This document shows positions 29,489-39,550 of a stretch of 64,000 nt of DNA, one piece after another. Positions within the stretch are counted from its first letter, which is position 1; the number at the start of each line of letters is the position of its first letter. Source of the DNA: Candidatus Fervidifonticultor sextus. GTDB lineage: Bacteria; Sysuimicrobiota; Sysuimicrobiia; Sysuimicrobiales; Humicultoraceae. Both the position numbers and the translations under genes were made by a program. The stretch is taken from positions 1 to 64,000 of the forward strand of contig JAVKHQ010000009.1 of the NCBI GenBank assembly GCA_031459875.1. The letters are read 5' to 3'. Below the pieces are notes generated by a model. The model did no database searches and was not told where the DNA came from. It saw only the letters and a list, made by a program, of their open reading frames with translations.

Positions 29489-29999
29489 CCGGGCCGCCCT
29501 GGTCGCCCGCCGCCTGGGCGAGGCGGACGTGATCATCGAGGAGTTCCGCGGCGAGGTCACGGCGGTGGTGCCCGCGGAGCGCATCCTGGAGGCGCTGCGC
29601 GTGTTGCGCGACGCGCCTGAGGGGACGCCGGTGCTCACCGACCTGACCGCCCTCGACCGCTATCCGGCCGAGCCGCGCTTCGAGGTCGTCTACCTCCTCA
29701 CCTGGTATGCGCCGCCGGCCCGCCTCCGGGTGAAGGCCCGGCTTTCAGGCGGCGCGCCCACGATCGCCAGCGCCACATCCCTCTGGCCGGCGGCCAACTG
29801 GCTGGAGCGCGAAGCCTACGACATGTTCGGCATCCGGTTCGAGGGGCACCCGAACCTGACGCGGATCCTGATGCCCGACGACTGGGAAGGGCATCCGCTC
29901 CGCAAAGACTTCCCGCTGACGGAGGAACCGGTGCAGTTCATCGGCCACGTGCCGAAGACGCCCAGCACGATCATTCCCAAGGCGCCGCCGCGTGGGTAG
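29472..29999 (+). CDS. nuoC: NADH-quinone oxidoreductase subunit C
   Basis: [14 protein letters not shown] and HPLRKDFP motifs. Confidence 0.95.
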
Positions 30000-31167
30000 C
30001 CGGACCGAGACCCTGACCCTCAACATGGGCCCGCAGCACCCATCCACCCACGGGGTGCTGCGGTTGATCCTCGAGCTGGAGGGCGAGGTCATCCTGGGCG
30101 CCTCGCCGGTGATCGGCTACCTGCACACCGGGTTCGAGAAGGAAATGGAGCACCGGACCTACCACCAGAACATCGTCTTCCCGGCCCGGATCGAGTACCT
30201 GGCGACCTTCATCGAGGAGGCCGCCTACGTGCTGGCGGTGGAGAAACTGCTGGGCATCACCCCGCCGCCGCGGGCCCAGGCGGCCCGGGTCATCCTCTCG
30301 GAGCTCTCCCGCATCGCCAGCCACCTGGTGTGGCTGGGCACCAGCGCCCTCGATCTCCAGGTCACCAGCGTCTTCATCTACTGCATGCAGGACCGCGAGG
30401 AGATCCTCGACATCCTGGAGATGGTGTCCGGCCAGCGCATGATGCACGGCTTCCTCCGGATCGGCGGCATGCAGTGGGACCTGCCTGAGGGATTCGAGGC
30501 GCGCGTGCGCCGGCTGATGGACCGCCTGCCCTCCCGGATCGACGAGTACGATCGGTTGCTGACCGAGAACCTCATCTGGCGGAAGCGCACGGAGGGGATT
30601 GCGGTCCTGTCCCCGGATGACGCCCTGCGCTACGGCTGCACCGGTCCGATCCTGCGGGGGTCGGGCGTCCCCTATGACGTCCGCAAGGCCTTTCCCTACA
30701 GCGGGTACGAGCAGTACCAGTTCGACGTGCCGCTGGGGAAGCACGGGGACGCCTTCGACCGGTACCTGATCCGGCTCGAGGAGATGCGCCAGAGCCGGCG
30801 CATCATCCTCCAGGCGCTCGATCGCCTGCCCGACGGTCCCTGGATCACAGACGACCGCAAGGTGGCGCTGCCGCCTCGAGCCGAGCTAGTGCGCAGCATG
30901 GAGGCGGTCATCCACCAGTTCAAGCTGGTGAGCGAAGGCCTCCACCCTCCGGTCGGCGAGGTCTATGCGGCCGTGGAATCCCCCCGGGGCGAGAAAGGCT
31001 ACTACATCGTCAGCGACGGGAGCAACCGGCCTGCACGGGTCCGCGTCCGCGCCCCGTCGTTCAACAACCTGCAGGCGCTGCCGGTGATGCTCTACCGCGG
31101 CTACGTAGCCGACTGCGTGGTGGCCATCGCCAGCATCGACATCGTCCTGGGAGACGTGGACCGCTGA
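29992..31167 (+). CDS. nuoD: NADH-quinone oxidoreductase subunit D
   Basis: NMGPQHPSTHGVLR, ESPRGE and GDVDR motifs. Confidence 0.96.
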   Translation: MGSRTETLTLNMGPQHPSTHGVLRLILELEGEVILGASPVIGYLHTGFEKEMEHRTYHQNIVFPARIEYLATFIEEAAYVLAVEKLLGITPPPRAQAARVILSELSRIASHLVWLGTSALDLQVTSVFIYCMQDREEILDILEMVSGQRMMHGFLRIGGMQWDLPEGFEARVRRLMDRLPSRIDEYDRLLTENLIWRKRTEGIAVLSPDDALRYGCTGPILRGSGVPYDVRKAFPYSGYEQYQFDVPLGKHGDAFDRYLIRLEEMRQSRRIILQALDRLPDGPWITDDRKVALPPRAELVRSMEAVIHQFKLVSEGLHPPVGEVYAAVESPRGEKGYYIVSDGSNRPARVRVRAPSFNNLQALPVMLYRGYVADCVVAIASIDIVLGDVDR

Positions 31168-31652
31168 TGGCCGTCCCTCCTGCCCCCACCCTCAGCGAGG
31201 CGGCGCGGGCGGAGATCCGCCGGCTGGCGGGGCGCTACGAGCACCGGCAGTCGGCGCTGCTGCCGGCGCTGTTTGTCGCGCAGGAGGAGGTGGGGTACCT
31301 GCCGCCGGAGGTGCTGGCGGCGGTGGCGGAGACGCTGGACCTGCCGCTGTCGGAGGTCGTGTCGGTGGCGTCGTTCTACCATCTGTTCCACCTGGAGCCG
31401 ATCGGGCGGCACCTGGTGCAGGTCTGCACCAACCTCTCGTGCCTGCTGAATGGATGCCGTCAGGTCGTGCGGCGGTTGGAGGAGCACCTGGGGGTGGCGG
31501 CGGGCCAGACCACCGCGGACGGCCGGTTCACGTGGCGGGCGGTGGAATGCCTGGCGGCGTGCGAGGAGGCGCCGGTGGTGCTGGTGGACGAGGACCGGTG
31601 GCCGAAGGTCGCCCCCGAGGATGTGGCGGGGATCCTGGAGCGCTATCCGTGA
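31167..31652 (+). CDS. nuoE: NADH-quinone oxidoreductase subunit E
   Basis: CTNLSC...CLAAC 2Fe-2S ligands. Confidence 0.94.
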   Translation: MAVPPAPTLSEAARAEIRRLAGRYEHRQSALLPALFVAQEEVGYLPPEVLAAVAETLDLPLSEVVSVASFYHLFHLEPIGRHLVQVCTNLSCLLNGCRQVVRRLEEHLGVAAGQTTADGRFTWRAVECLAACEEAPVVLVDEDRWPKVAPEDVAGILERYP

Positions 31653-31662
31653 GGGGCGGCTG

Positions 31663-32913
31663 ATGCGGGAGTCGATCATCCTGAAGTGGGCGCAGACGCC
31701 GGGGATGGGAGACCTGGAGGCCTACCGGTCAGCCGGGGGCTACGAGGCCGCGCGCCGGGTGGCGGTGGGAGCGCTGACGCCGGACCAGGTGATCGAGATG
31801 CTGACAGCGTCGGGGCTGCGGGGCAAGGGCGGGGCGGGCTTCCCCACCGGGCAGAAGTGGAAGTTCATCCCCCGCCAGGCGCCGACCACGTACGTGGTGG
31901 TGAACGCGGACGAGGGGGAACCGGGGACCTTCAAGGACCGGACGCTCCTGGAAGGCTGCCCGCACCTGTTGATCGAGGGGATCCTGATCGCGGCGATGAC
32001 GGTGGGCGCGAAGAAGGCCTACATCTACCTGCGGCGGGAGTTCCACCGGGCGCGGCGGGGGCTGGAGGCGGCGCTGGCGCAGGCCCGGGCGGCGGGGGTG
32101 GTGGGCGAGCGGGTCTTTGGGACCGGGCAGGCGGTGGAGATCGTGGTGCACACGGGGGCGGGGGCGTACATTGCGGGGGAGGAGTCGGCGCTGCTGGAGT
32201 CGCTGGAGGGGCGCCGGGCGCTGCCGAGGCTGCGGCCGCCGTTCCCGGCGCAGGCCGGGCTGTACGGGCAGCCGACGCTGGTCAACAACGTGGAGACGCT
32301 GTGCCACGTGCCGGTGATCCTCACCCTGGGGCCGGAGCGCTACCGCGGTTACGGCCCGCCGGCCCTGTTCTCCGTGAGCGGGTGCGTGGTGCGGCCGGGG
32401 GTCTACGAGGCGCCGCTGGGGGTGACGCTGCGGGCGCTGGTGTTCGAGTATGCCGGGGGGCTGCGGCCGGGGCGGCGGTTTGTGGCGGCGTTTCCCGGGG
32501 GGTCCTCGTCGATGCTCCTGACCGCAGAGCACCTGGATGTCCCGATGGACTACGACAGCCTGCGGCAGGTGGGCTCGATGCTGGGGTCGGCGGCGGTGAT
32601 CGTCCTCGACGATACCGCGGATCTCGTGGAGGTCATCGCCCGCGCCGTGGCGTTCTACCGCGACGAGTCCTGCGGCAAGTGCACGCCCTGCCGGGAGGGC
32701 ACGGTCTGGCTCAGCCAGATCTTCGACCGCATCCTGGGGGGCCGCGGCCGGATGGAGGACCTGCACCTCCTGGAAAGCATCGCCCAGGGCATGACCGGGA
32801 CATGCTTCTGCCCGCTGGGCGAGAGCGTCCCGCCCAGCCTGATCGCCTCGCTCCGCCACTTCCGCGGCGCCTATGAGCGGCACATCGCCCGGGCGGTGGT
32901 CCATGGCCGCTGA
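31663..32913 (+). CDS. nuoF: NADH-quinone oxidoreductase subunit F
   Basis: GKGGAGFPTG, NADEGEPG, GEES and ESCGKCTPCREG motifs. Confidence 0.95.
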   Translation: MRESIILKWAQTPGMGDLEAYRSAGGYEAARRVAVGALTPDQVIEMLTASGLRGKGGAGFPTGQKWKFIPRQAPTTYVVVNADEGEPGTFKDRTLLEGCPHLLIEGILIAAMTVGAKKAYIYLRREFHRARRGLEAALAQARAAGVVGERVFGTGQAVEIVVHTGAGAYIAGEESALLESLEGRRALPRLRPPFPAQAGLYGQPTLVNNVETLCHVPVILTLGPERYRGYGPPALFSVSGCVVRPGVYEAPLGVTLRALVFEYAGGLRPGRRFVAAFPGGSSSMLLTAEHLDVPMDYDSLRQVGSMLGSAAVIVLDDTADLVEVIARAVAFYRDESCGKCTPCREGTVWLSQIFDRILGGRGRMEDLHLLESIAQGMTGTCFCPLGESVPPSLIASLRHFRGAYERHIARAVVHGR

Positions 32914-35302
32914 GGTCGGGGCCCGGACGGTCACCCTGACCATTGACGGCCGGCAGGTGACCGTGCCAGAGGGGACGACCGTCTACCAGGCCGCCCGGGC
33001 CGCCGGCGTCGAGATTCCCATCTTCTGCTACCACGACCGCATGCCGCCGCTGGGCGCGTGCCGCATGTGCCTGGTCAAGGTAGAGAAGATGCCGAAGCTG
33101 CAGGCCTCCTGCACCCTGCCGGCCGCCGACGGCATGGTGGTCGACACGCAGGGCCCCGAGGTCCGGGCCGGACAGGAGGCTATCCTCGAGTTCCTGCTGA
33201 TCAACCACCCGCTGGACTGCCCGATCTGCGACAAGGGCGGCGAGTGCCCGCTGCAGGACCAGACCTTCCGGTGGGGCCCCGGCCGCAGCCGGTTCATCGA
33301 GCCCAAGCGCGACTTCGCCAAGCCCGTCTCGCTGGGTCCGGTGCTGACCCTCGACCGCGAGCGGTGCATCCTCTGCTGGCGCTGCGTGCGCTTCGGCGAG
33401 ATCATCGCGGGCGACGATGCCCTCAAGGGCTTCCAGCGGGGATTTGCCAGCGAGATCAACACCGCGTTCACGCAGCCGGTGGCCTCCAAGTTCATCGGCA
33501 ACACCATCGCGATCTGCCCTGTGGGGGCGCTCACCAGCCGGCCCTACCGGTTCCGCGCCCGGCCGTGGGACAACCGGCCGGTGCCGTCTGCCTGCACCCA
33601 CTGCGGCCTGGGCTGCGCGGTCTGGCTGGACGTGCGGGACAACCAGATCCTCCGCACCCGCGCGCGGGAGGAACCGGCGGTCAACGACATCTGGCTGTGC
33701 GACCGCGGCTTCTTCGGGCACGACTACGTGAGCGCGAAGGATCGGCTGACCACCCCCCTGGTGCGGCGCCACGGCCGGCTCGAAGAGACGTCCTGGGGTG
33801 AGGCCCTCGACCTGGTCGCCTCCCGCCTGCGCGCCTCGAGGACGCACGGGCCCGGGCGGGTGGCGTTCCTGGGGGGCGCGCGCCTGTCCAACGAGGAGGC
33901 GTGGGTGGCCTCCCGGTTCTTCCGCCAGGTGGTGGGCACGCCGCACCTGGACCATCGGGTGGACGCCCCGCCGGGCGGCGCCAGCCTGCGCGTCCCCTGG
34001 GGCCTGCGCGCGCCCATCGAGGAGATCGGCCGCGCCGACGTGCTGGTGCTCATCGGCTGCGACGTCACCGAAGAGTACCCGGTGCTGTGGCTGCGGATGA
34101 AGCAGGCGGCCGACCGGGGCGCGACCCTCGTCGTCGTCCACGCCAAGCGCCTGGAGATCCACCGGTTCGTCCGGCACGAGCACTTGGTCCGCCATGACCG
34201 GCTGGCCGCCACGGTGGAGGACCTGGCCAGGGGTGCGGAGGCCACCGACGCGACGGTGGTCCGCACGGCCGCGTCGATCGCGGCAGGGGCCCGGGTCCAC
34301 ATCCTGGTCGGGCGGGGAGCCCTCGATGCCCCGGGCGGCCCGGCCCTGCTGCGGGCGGCGGCGCGCCTGGCGGCGCGGGTGAAGGGCACGCTCCACATCG
34401 CCCGCGGCAGGGGGAACGAGATCGGCGCCCAGCGCTTCGGCCTGATCCCGTCGGATGGCGGCTGGAGCGCGCCCGAGATCCTGGAGGCGGCGGCCGACGG
34501 GAGGCTCGATGTGCTCTACGTGGCCGGCAGCGATCCGGCGACGGCGGTCACCGACCGCGCCGCCTGGGAGGCTGCCCGGCGGGGCGTGGGCTTCCTGGTG
34601 GTGCACGAGGCGTTCCTCTCGGCGACGGCCCGGTCGGCGGATGTGGTCCTGCCGGCGCTGGTGCTCCCCGAGAAGTCCGGCACCGTGACCAACCTGGAGG
34701 GCCGTACCCTCCCGCTGGCCGCGGCGGTGGTGGGCCCGGGCCAGGCCCGGGCCGATGACGCGATCTTCGCCTCCCTGGCCGCGGCCCTGGGCGTGACGTT
34801 CTCGTACGGCACCAGCGAGGAGCTCCTGGAGGAGATGCGCGCAGCCGTCCCCGACTTCCGCCCGGGGGCCCTCTCGCCGATTCCGCCGGTCAGCGTCCAG
34901 GCCGGCGCCCTCCGGAGGCCGGAGGCGCGCCCCGACGAGGAACCGGGGCGGACGGAGGCGTCCGGCCTGCATCTGGTGCTCACCGAGCAGCTCTTCACGC
35001 AGGGGGTCATGACAGGACGGTGCCGGGGCATCACGGACCTGGCGGGCGCCCCGCACTGCCTGATCCATCCCGACGATGCCAACCGGCTCGGCATCCGGGA
35101 TCGGTCGTTGGTCGAACTGGCGACCGCGCACGGCGCCGTCGTGCTGCAGGCGCGCACCAGCGATGTGACCCTACCCGGGCAGGTCCTGGTGCCCCGCGGC
35201 TACGACGCCGTCCCGGTGCACACGCTGGTCCGCTGGCCCCACCCCGCCGCCGCGGTCGCGGTGCGACCGATCCTGCCGGCGGCGGCCGGAGGTGGCGCGT
35301 GA
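32903..35302 (+). CDS. nuoG: NADH-quinone oxidoreductase subunit G
   Basis: FCYH..., GACRMC, HPLDCPICDKGGEC, CILCWRC and CTHCGLGC motifs. Confidence 0.95.
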   Translation: MAAEVGARTVTLTIDGRQVTVPEGTTVYQAARAAGVEIPIFCYHDRMPPLGACRMCLVKVEKMPKLQASCTLPAADGMVVDTQGPEVRAGQEAILEFLLINHPLDCPICDKGGECPLQDQTFRWGPGRSRFIEPKRDFAKPVSLGPVLTLDRERCILCWRCVRFGEIIAGDDALKGFQRGFASEINTAFTQPVASKFIGNTIAICPVGALTSRPYRFRARPWDNRPVPSACTHCGLGCAVWLDVRDNQILRTRAREEPAVNDIWLCDRGFFGHDYVSAKDRLTTPLVRRHGRLEETSWGEALDLVASRLRASRTHGPGRVAFLGGARLSNEEAWVASRFFRQVVGTPHLDHRVDAPPGGASLRVPWGLRAPIEEIGRADVLVLIGCDVTEEYPVLWLRMKQAADRGATLVVVHAKRLEIHRFVRHEHLVRHDRLAATVEDLARGAEATDATVVRTAASIAAGARVHILVGRGALDAPGGPALLRAAARLAARVKGTLHIARGRGNEIGAQRFGLIPSDGGWSAPEILEAAADGRLDVLYVAGSDPATAVTDRAAWEAARRGVGFLVVHEAFLSATARSADVVLPALVLPEKSGTVTNLEGRTLPLAAAVVGPGQARADDAIFASLAAALGVTFSYGTSEELLEEMRAAVPDFRPGALSPIPPVSVQAGALRRPEARPDEEPGRTEASGLHLVLTEQLFTQGVMTGRCRGITDLAGAPHCLIHPDDANRLGIRDRSLVELATAHGAVVLQARTSDVTLPGQVLVPRGYDAVPVHTLVRWPHPAAAVAVRPILPAAAGGGA

Positions 35303-35315
35303 TTCCCGCCGGGGG

Positions 35316-36320
35316 ATGCATCGGGTGGGCCCCGTGAGCGCCATCCTGGTCGAGGCCACGGTCAAGAGCGCCGTCCTTTTGGTCCTGCTGCTGACGGCCT
35401 TCGCCTACATGACCCTGCTCGAACGCCGGCTGATCGCCCGCTTCCAACTGCGCTATGGACCGAACCGGGTCGGCCCCCTGGGCCTGCTCCAGCCGCTGGC
35501 CGACGGGATCAAACTCATCTTCAAGGAGAGCTTCATCCCCGCCCGCGCCGACGTGCTGGTGTACTGGATCGCGCCGGCTGTCTCGATGATCGCGGCCCTG
35601 TTCGTCTACGCCGTGATCCCCATTGGGCCGGAGGTCCAGATCTTCGGCCGCAGGGTGGCCCTGTACCTGGCCGATGTCAACATCGGGATCCTGCTGGTGC
35701 TCGGCGCCTCGTCGATCGGCGTCTACGGCATCATCCTCGGCGGCTGGTCGGCCAACAACAAGTACGCGCTGCTGGGCAGCCTGCGCTCCTCGGCCCAGGT
35801 CATCAGCTACGAACTGGTCATCGGACTGGCGGTGGCCTCGGTGGTGCTCAGCGCGGGGTCGTTGAGCCTGGTGGACATCGTGAACGCGCAGCAGCGGCTC
35901 TGGTTCGTGGTCACCCAGCCGGTCGCGTTTCTCCTGTTCCTCATCGGGGGCGTCGCCGAGACCAACCGCGCCCCCTTCGACCTCCCCGAGGCCGAGCAGG
36001 AGCTGATCGCCGGCTTCCACACCGAGTACGGCGGGTTCAAGTTTGCCATGTTCTACGCCGGGGAGTACCTCGGCATTGTGACGATGAGCCTGCTGACCGC
36101 CACGCTCTTCCTGGGCGGCTGGCACGGGCCGGTCCTGCCCGGGGTGGTCTGGGTCGCGCTGAAGACGTTCGCCTTCGTCTTCCTGTTCATCTGGCTGCGC
36201 GCCACGTTCCCGCGGGTGCGCCACGACCAGTTGATGGGGCTGAGCTGGAAGGTGCTGATCGAGATCGGATTCGCCAACGTCGTGGTGACGGCGGCGGTCC
36301 TGACGCTGCTGGGACGATAA
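35316..36320 (+). CDS. nuoH: NADH-quinone oxidoreductase subunit H
   Basis: GPNRVGP.GLLQP.ADG.K and [13 protein letters not shown] motifs; start approximate. Confidence 0.95.
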   Translation: MHRVGPVSAILVEATVKSAVLLVLLLTAFAYMTLLERRLIARFQLRYGPNRVGPLGLLQPLADGIKLIFKESFIPARADVLVYWIAPAVSMIAALFVYAVIPIGPEVQIFGRRVALYLADVNIGILLVLGASSIGVYGIILGGWSANNKYALLGSLRSSAQVISYELVIGLAVASVVLSAGSLSLVDIVNAQQRLWFVVTQPVAFLLFLIGGVAETNRAPFDLPEAEQELIAGFHTEYGGFKFAMFYAGEYLGIVTMSLLTATLFLGGWHGPVLPGVVWVALKTFAFVFLFIWLRATFPRVRHDQLMGLSWKVLIEIGFANVVVTAAVLTLLGR

Positions 36321-36322
36321 CC

Positions 36323-36796
36323 ATGGCGTCGCTGCTCAGGCAATCGCTGGCGCTGCTGCGCGGCCTGCTCATCGTCGGGCGGTATCTCTTCCGCCCGCGG
36401 GTCACCACCGCTTATCCCGACGTCAAGACCCGGGTCGAGGCGCGGTTCAAGGGGCGCCACTGGCTGACCCGCTACGAGGACGGGATGGAGCGGTGCGTGG
36501 GGTGCGAGCTGTGCGTCATCGTCTGCCCGTCCCAGGCGATCTACGTCAAGGCGGCCGAGAACACCCCGGAACGCCAGGTGAGCAAGGGCGAGCGGTACGC
36601 CGAGGACTTCCAGATCAACATGCTCCGGTGCATCTTCTGCGGGTTCTGCGAGGAAGCCTGTCCGACCGGGGCCATCGTGCTGGGGCGCGACTACGAGCTC
36701 TCCGGGTACACCCGCGAGTCGCTCATCTACACGAAGGCGATGTTGACCGAACCGTATCCCGGAGCGTCGGGCCGCGACCCGCGGCGGGAGGTGTAG
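36323..36796 (+). CDS. nuoI: NADH-quinone oxidoreductase subunit I
   Basis: Two CxxCxxCxxxCP motifs. Confidence 0.95.
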   Translation: MASLLRQSLALLRGLLIVGRYLFRPRVTTAYPDVKTRVEARFKGRHWLTRYEDGMERCVGCELCVIVCPSQAIYVKAAENTPERQVSKGERYAEDFQINMLRCIFCGFCEEACPTGAIVLGRDYELSGYTRESLIYTKAMLTEPYPGASGRDPRREV

Positions 36797-36799
36797 GCG

Positions 36800-37306
36800 G
36801 TGGAATGGGTCGTCTTCATCCCGGCCGCCGCCCTGGCCCTCGCCGGCGGCGTGGGTGTCGTCGCCGCCCGGCAGCCCGTCCACAGCGCCATCGCCCTGCT
36901 GGTGGTGCTGGCCGCGCTGGCGGTGACCTACCTGCTGCTGGCCGCGCAGTTCATCGCCGTCCTCCAGGTGATCATCTACGCCGGCGCCATCGTCGTGTTG
37001 TTCCTCTTCGTCATCATGCTGTTGCACGCGCGCTCGGGCGAAGGGCCGGTCCCCAAGCTGCCCCGACAACGGGGGACCGCGGCGGTCGCGGCGGCCCTCT
37101 ACCTGGCCGCACTCCTGGTGGCCGTGCTGGCCGCCTCCGGACCGTTCCCCCCGGCCCCCGAGGGCTTCGGGGAAGCCCGGCAGATCGGCGCGGCGCTGTT
37201 TGCAGGGTTCCTGCTGCCCTTTCAGCTGGCGGCGATCATCCTGCTGGTCGGGATCGTGGCCGCCGTGATCCTGGGCCGCCGCCCCGAGGGCGAGGAGGAG
37301 CGCTAG
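36800..37306 (+). CDS. nuoJ: NADH-quinone oxidoreductase subunit J
   Basis: QVIIYAGAIVVLFLFVIML motif. Confidence 0.94.
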   Translation: MEWVVFIPAAALALAGGVGVVAARQPVHSAIALLVVLAALAVTYLLLAAQFIAVLQVIIYAGAIVVLFLFVIMLLHARSGEGPVPKLPRQRGTAAVAAALYLAALLVAVLAASGPFPPAPEGFGEARQIGAALFAGFLLPFQLAAIILLVGIVAAVILGRRPEGEEER

Positions 37307-37309
37307 ACC

Positions 37310-37612
37310 GTGGTCCCCTCGTCCGCCTATCTGGCCCTGAGCGCGGCGCTGTTCACCCTCGGCGCCGTCGGCGTCCTCGTTCGCCGCAGTGCGCTCATCA
37401 TCTTCATGTCCGTGGAGTTGATGCTCAACTCCGTGAACCTGGCGTTCGTGACCTTTGCCCGGATGCACCGGTCTATCGAGGGCCAGGTGGTGGTCTTCTT
37501 CGTCCTGGTGGTGGCCGCGGTTGAGGTGGTCGTCGGCCTGGCCCTGATCGTGGACATCTTCCGCTCCCGCGAGAGCGTGGACATCGACGACGTGGACCTC
37601 CTGCGAGGCTAG
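37310..37612 (+). CDS. nuoK: NADH-quinone oxidoreductase subunit K
   Basis: MSVELMLN and [10 protein letters not shown] motifs. Confidence 0.95.
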   Translation: MVPSSAYLALSAALFTLGAVGVLVRRSALIIFMSVELMLNSVNLAFVTFARMHRSIEGQVVVFFVLVVAAVEVVVGLALIVDIFRSRESVDIDDVDLLRG

Positions 37613-37615
37613 ACG

Positions 37616-39517
37616 ATGGACGACGTGGTCATCAGAGTCGGCTGGCCGTTGATGCTGGTCTGGCCGCTGCTGGGCTGGCTGGCCAACGGCCTGCTGGGCG
37701 GTCGGCTGCCCCGGACGGCCTCGGGGGTCATCGCCAGCGCCTCCGCCGGCGCCAGTTTCGCCACCGCGCTGCTGGTCGCCTCAGCCTACCGCGCGGTTGC
37801 CGCGGCGGACGCGGCGGTCTCGCTCCCGATCCCGCTGTTTGACTGGCTGGGCGCCGGGCGCCTGACGGTGGAGGCGAGCCTGCTGGTCGACCCGCTGGCG
37901 CTGGTCATGGCGCTGGTGGTGGGTGGCGTCGGGTTCCTCATCCACGTGTACTCGATCGGGTACATGGCCGACGACCCCCATCCGTCGCGCTACTTCGCCT
38001 ACCTCAACCTCTTTGTCTTTGCCATGCTCCTGCTGGTCTCGGCCGGCAACCTGCTGCTCCTCTTCGTCGGCTGGGAACTCGTCGGCCTCTGCTCCTACCT
38101 GCTGATCGGGTACTGGTTCGACCGCCCGGCCGCGGCGGCCGCCGGCCGCAAGGCCTTCGTCGTGAACCGCATCGGGGATGCCGCGTTCCTGCTGGGGGTG
38201 TTCCTCCTCTTCGTGACCCTGGGGACGCTGGACATCCTGGAGATCCGCGAGGGCGTGGCGACCCTCTCGAAGGAGGAGCGCCTGCTGGCCGCGCTGCTTC
38301 TGTTCGCGGGCGCCACCGGCAAGTCCGCGCAACTGCCGCTGCACATCTGGCTGCCGGACGCCATGGAGGGCCCGACGCCGGTCTCGGCGCTGATTCATGC
38401 CGCCACGATGGTCACCGCCGGCGTTTTCATGATCGCGCGGCTGGATCGGCTATACCTCGCCGCGCCTGAGGCCCTGATGGTCGTGGCGACCGTCGGCGCG
38501 CTGACCGCATTCTTCGCCGCGACGGTGGCGCTCCGCCAGCACGATCTGAAGCGTGTGCTGGCCTACTCCACCATCAGCCAGCTCGGGTACATGTTCGTGG
38601 GGATGGGTGTCGCGGCCCCCTCAGCCGGGATCTTCCACCTGGTCACCCACGCCTTCTTCAAGGCGCTGCTGTTCCTGGCCGCCGGCAGCGTCATGCATGC
38701 GATGCACGGGGTCATCGACATGCGCCGCCTGGGCGGGTTGGCCCGGCCGCTGCGGCAGACCGCCGGCGGGTTCACGATCGGTGCACTGGCCCTGGCCGGC
38801 GTGCCGCCCTTTGCGGGCTTCTTCAGCAAGGACCTGATCCTCGAGCACGCCTTCGCGTTCGGGATCCGCACCGGCAACTACCTCCCCTACGCGCTGGGCC
38901 TGGTGACGGCCGCCGTGACGGCCGTCTACATCACGCGCGCCGTCCTGCTCACCTTCTCGGGGCCGCCCGCCGAGCCGGGCGCGCACCCGCACGAGGCGCC
39001 GCCGGTCATGCGGTGGCCGATGGCCGCCCTGGCCATCCTCTCGGTCGCCGGCGGCCTGCTGGGCGCCTCCGTCGCCGGCGCGCCGCTGCTGCGGTTCCTC
39101 GACGGGCTGCTCGGCGTGGTGGAGTCCGGCCCCGAGGCCGCGCCGCACCCGCCGGCCGGCCTGCTGCGTTGGCTCTCGGTGGCGGCCGCCCTGGCCGGGG
39201 TGCTGGTCGGGTGGCGCGCCCACCGCGGACGCCGCGAGCCGGTGCTGGGGCGGGTGGGCGTCTTCCTGGAGCAGCGCTGGTACATCGACGCGCTGTACGA
39301 CCGCGCCATCGTGGGCCCCGGCCACACGCTGGCGCGCTGGCTCGCCGGGCCGTTCGATCTGGGCGTCATCGACGGCGCGGTGAACCTGGTGGGCCGGGGG
39401 CTGGGGGCGCTCGGCGGGCAGGCGCGGCGGTTGCAGACCGGCTATGCCCGCCAGTACGCGCTGGGCGTGCTGATCGGGACCGTGCTCATCCTGGGTTACT
39501 GGATGCTGAGGTGGTGA
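37616..39517 (+). CDS. nuoL: NADH-quinone oxidoreductase subunit L
   Basis: GKSAQLPLHIWLPDAMEGPTPVSALIHAATMV and THAFFKA motifs. Confidence 0.96.
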   Translation: MDDVVIRVGWPLMLVWPLLGWLANGLLGGRLPRTASGVIASASAGASFATALLVASAYRAVAAADAAVSLPIPLFDWLGAGRLTVEASLLVDPLALVMALVVGGVGFLIHVYSIGYMADDPHPSRYFAYLNLFVFAMLLLVSAGNLLLLFVGWELVGLCSYLLIGYWFDRPAAAAAGRKAFVVNRIGDAAFLLGVFLLFVTLGTLDILEIREGVATLSKEERLLAALLLFAGATGKSAQLPLHIWLPDAMEGPTPVSALIHAATMVTAGVFMIARLDRLYLAAPEALMVVATVGALTAFFAATVALRQHDLKRVLAYSTISQLGYMFVGMGVAAPSAGIFHLVTHAFFKALLFLAAGSVMHAMHGVIDMRRLGGLARPLRQTAGGFTIGALALAGVPPFAGFFSKDLILEHAFAFGIRTGNYLPYALGLVTAAVTAVYITRAVLLTFSGPPAEPGAHPHEAPPVMRWPMAALAILSVAGGLLGASVAGAPLLRFLDGLLGVVESGPEAAPHPPAGLLRWLSVAAALAGVLVGWRAHRGRREPVLGRVGVFLEQRWYIDALYDRAIVGPGHTLARWLAGPFDLGVIDGAVNLVGRGLGALGGQARRLQTGYARQYALGVLIGTVLILGYWMLRW

Positions 39518-39550
39518 CGGTGCCGGCATCCGGGGAGCGGAGGTAGCAGG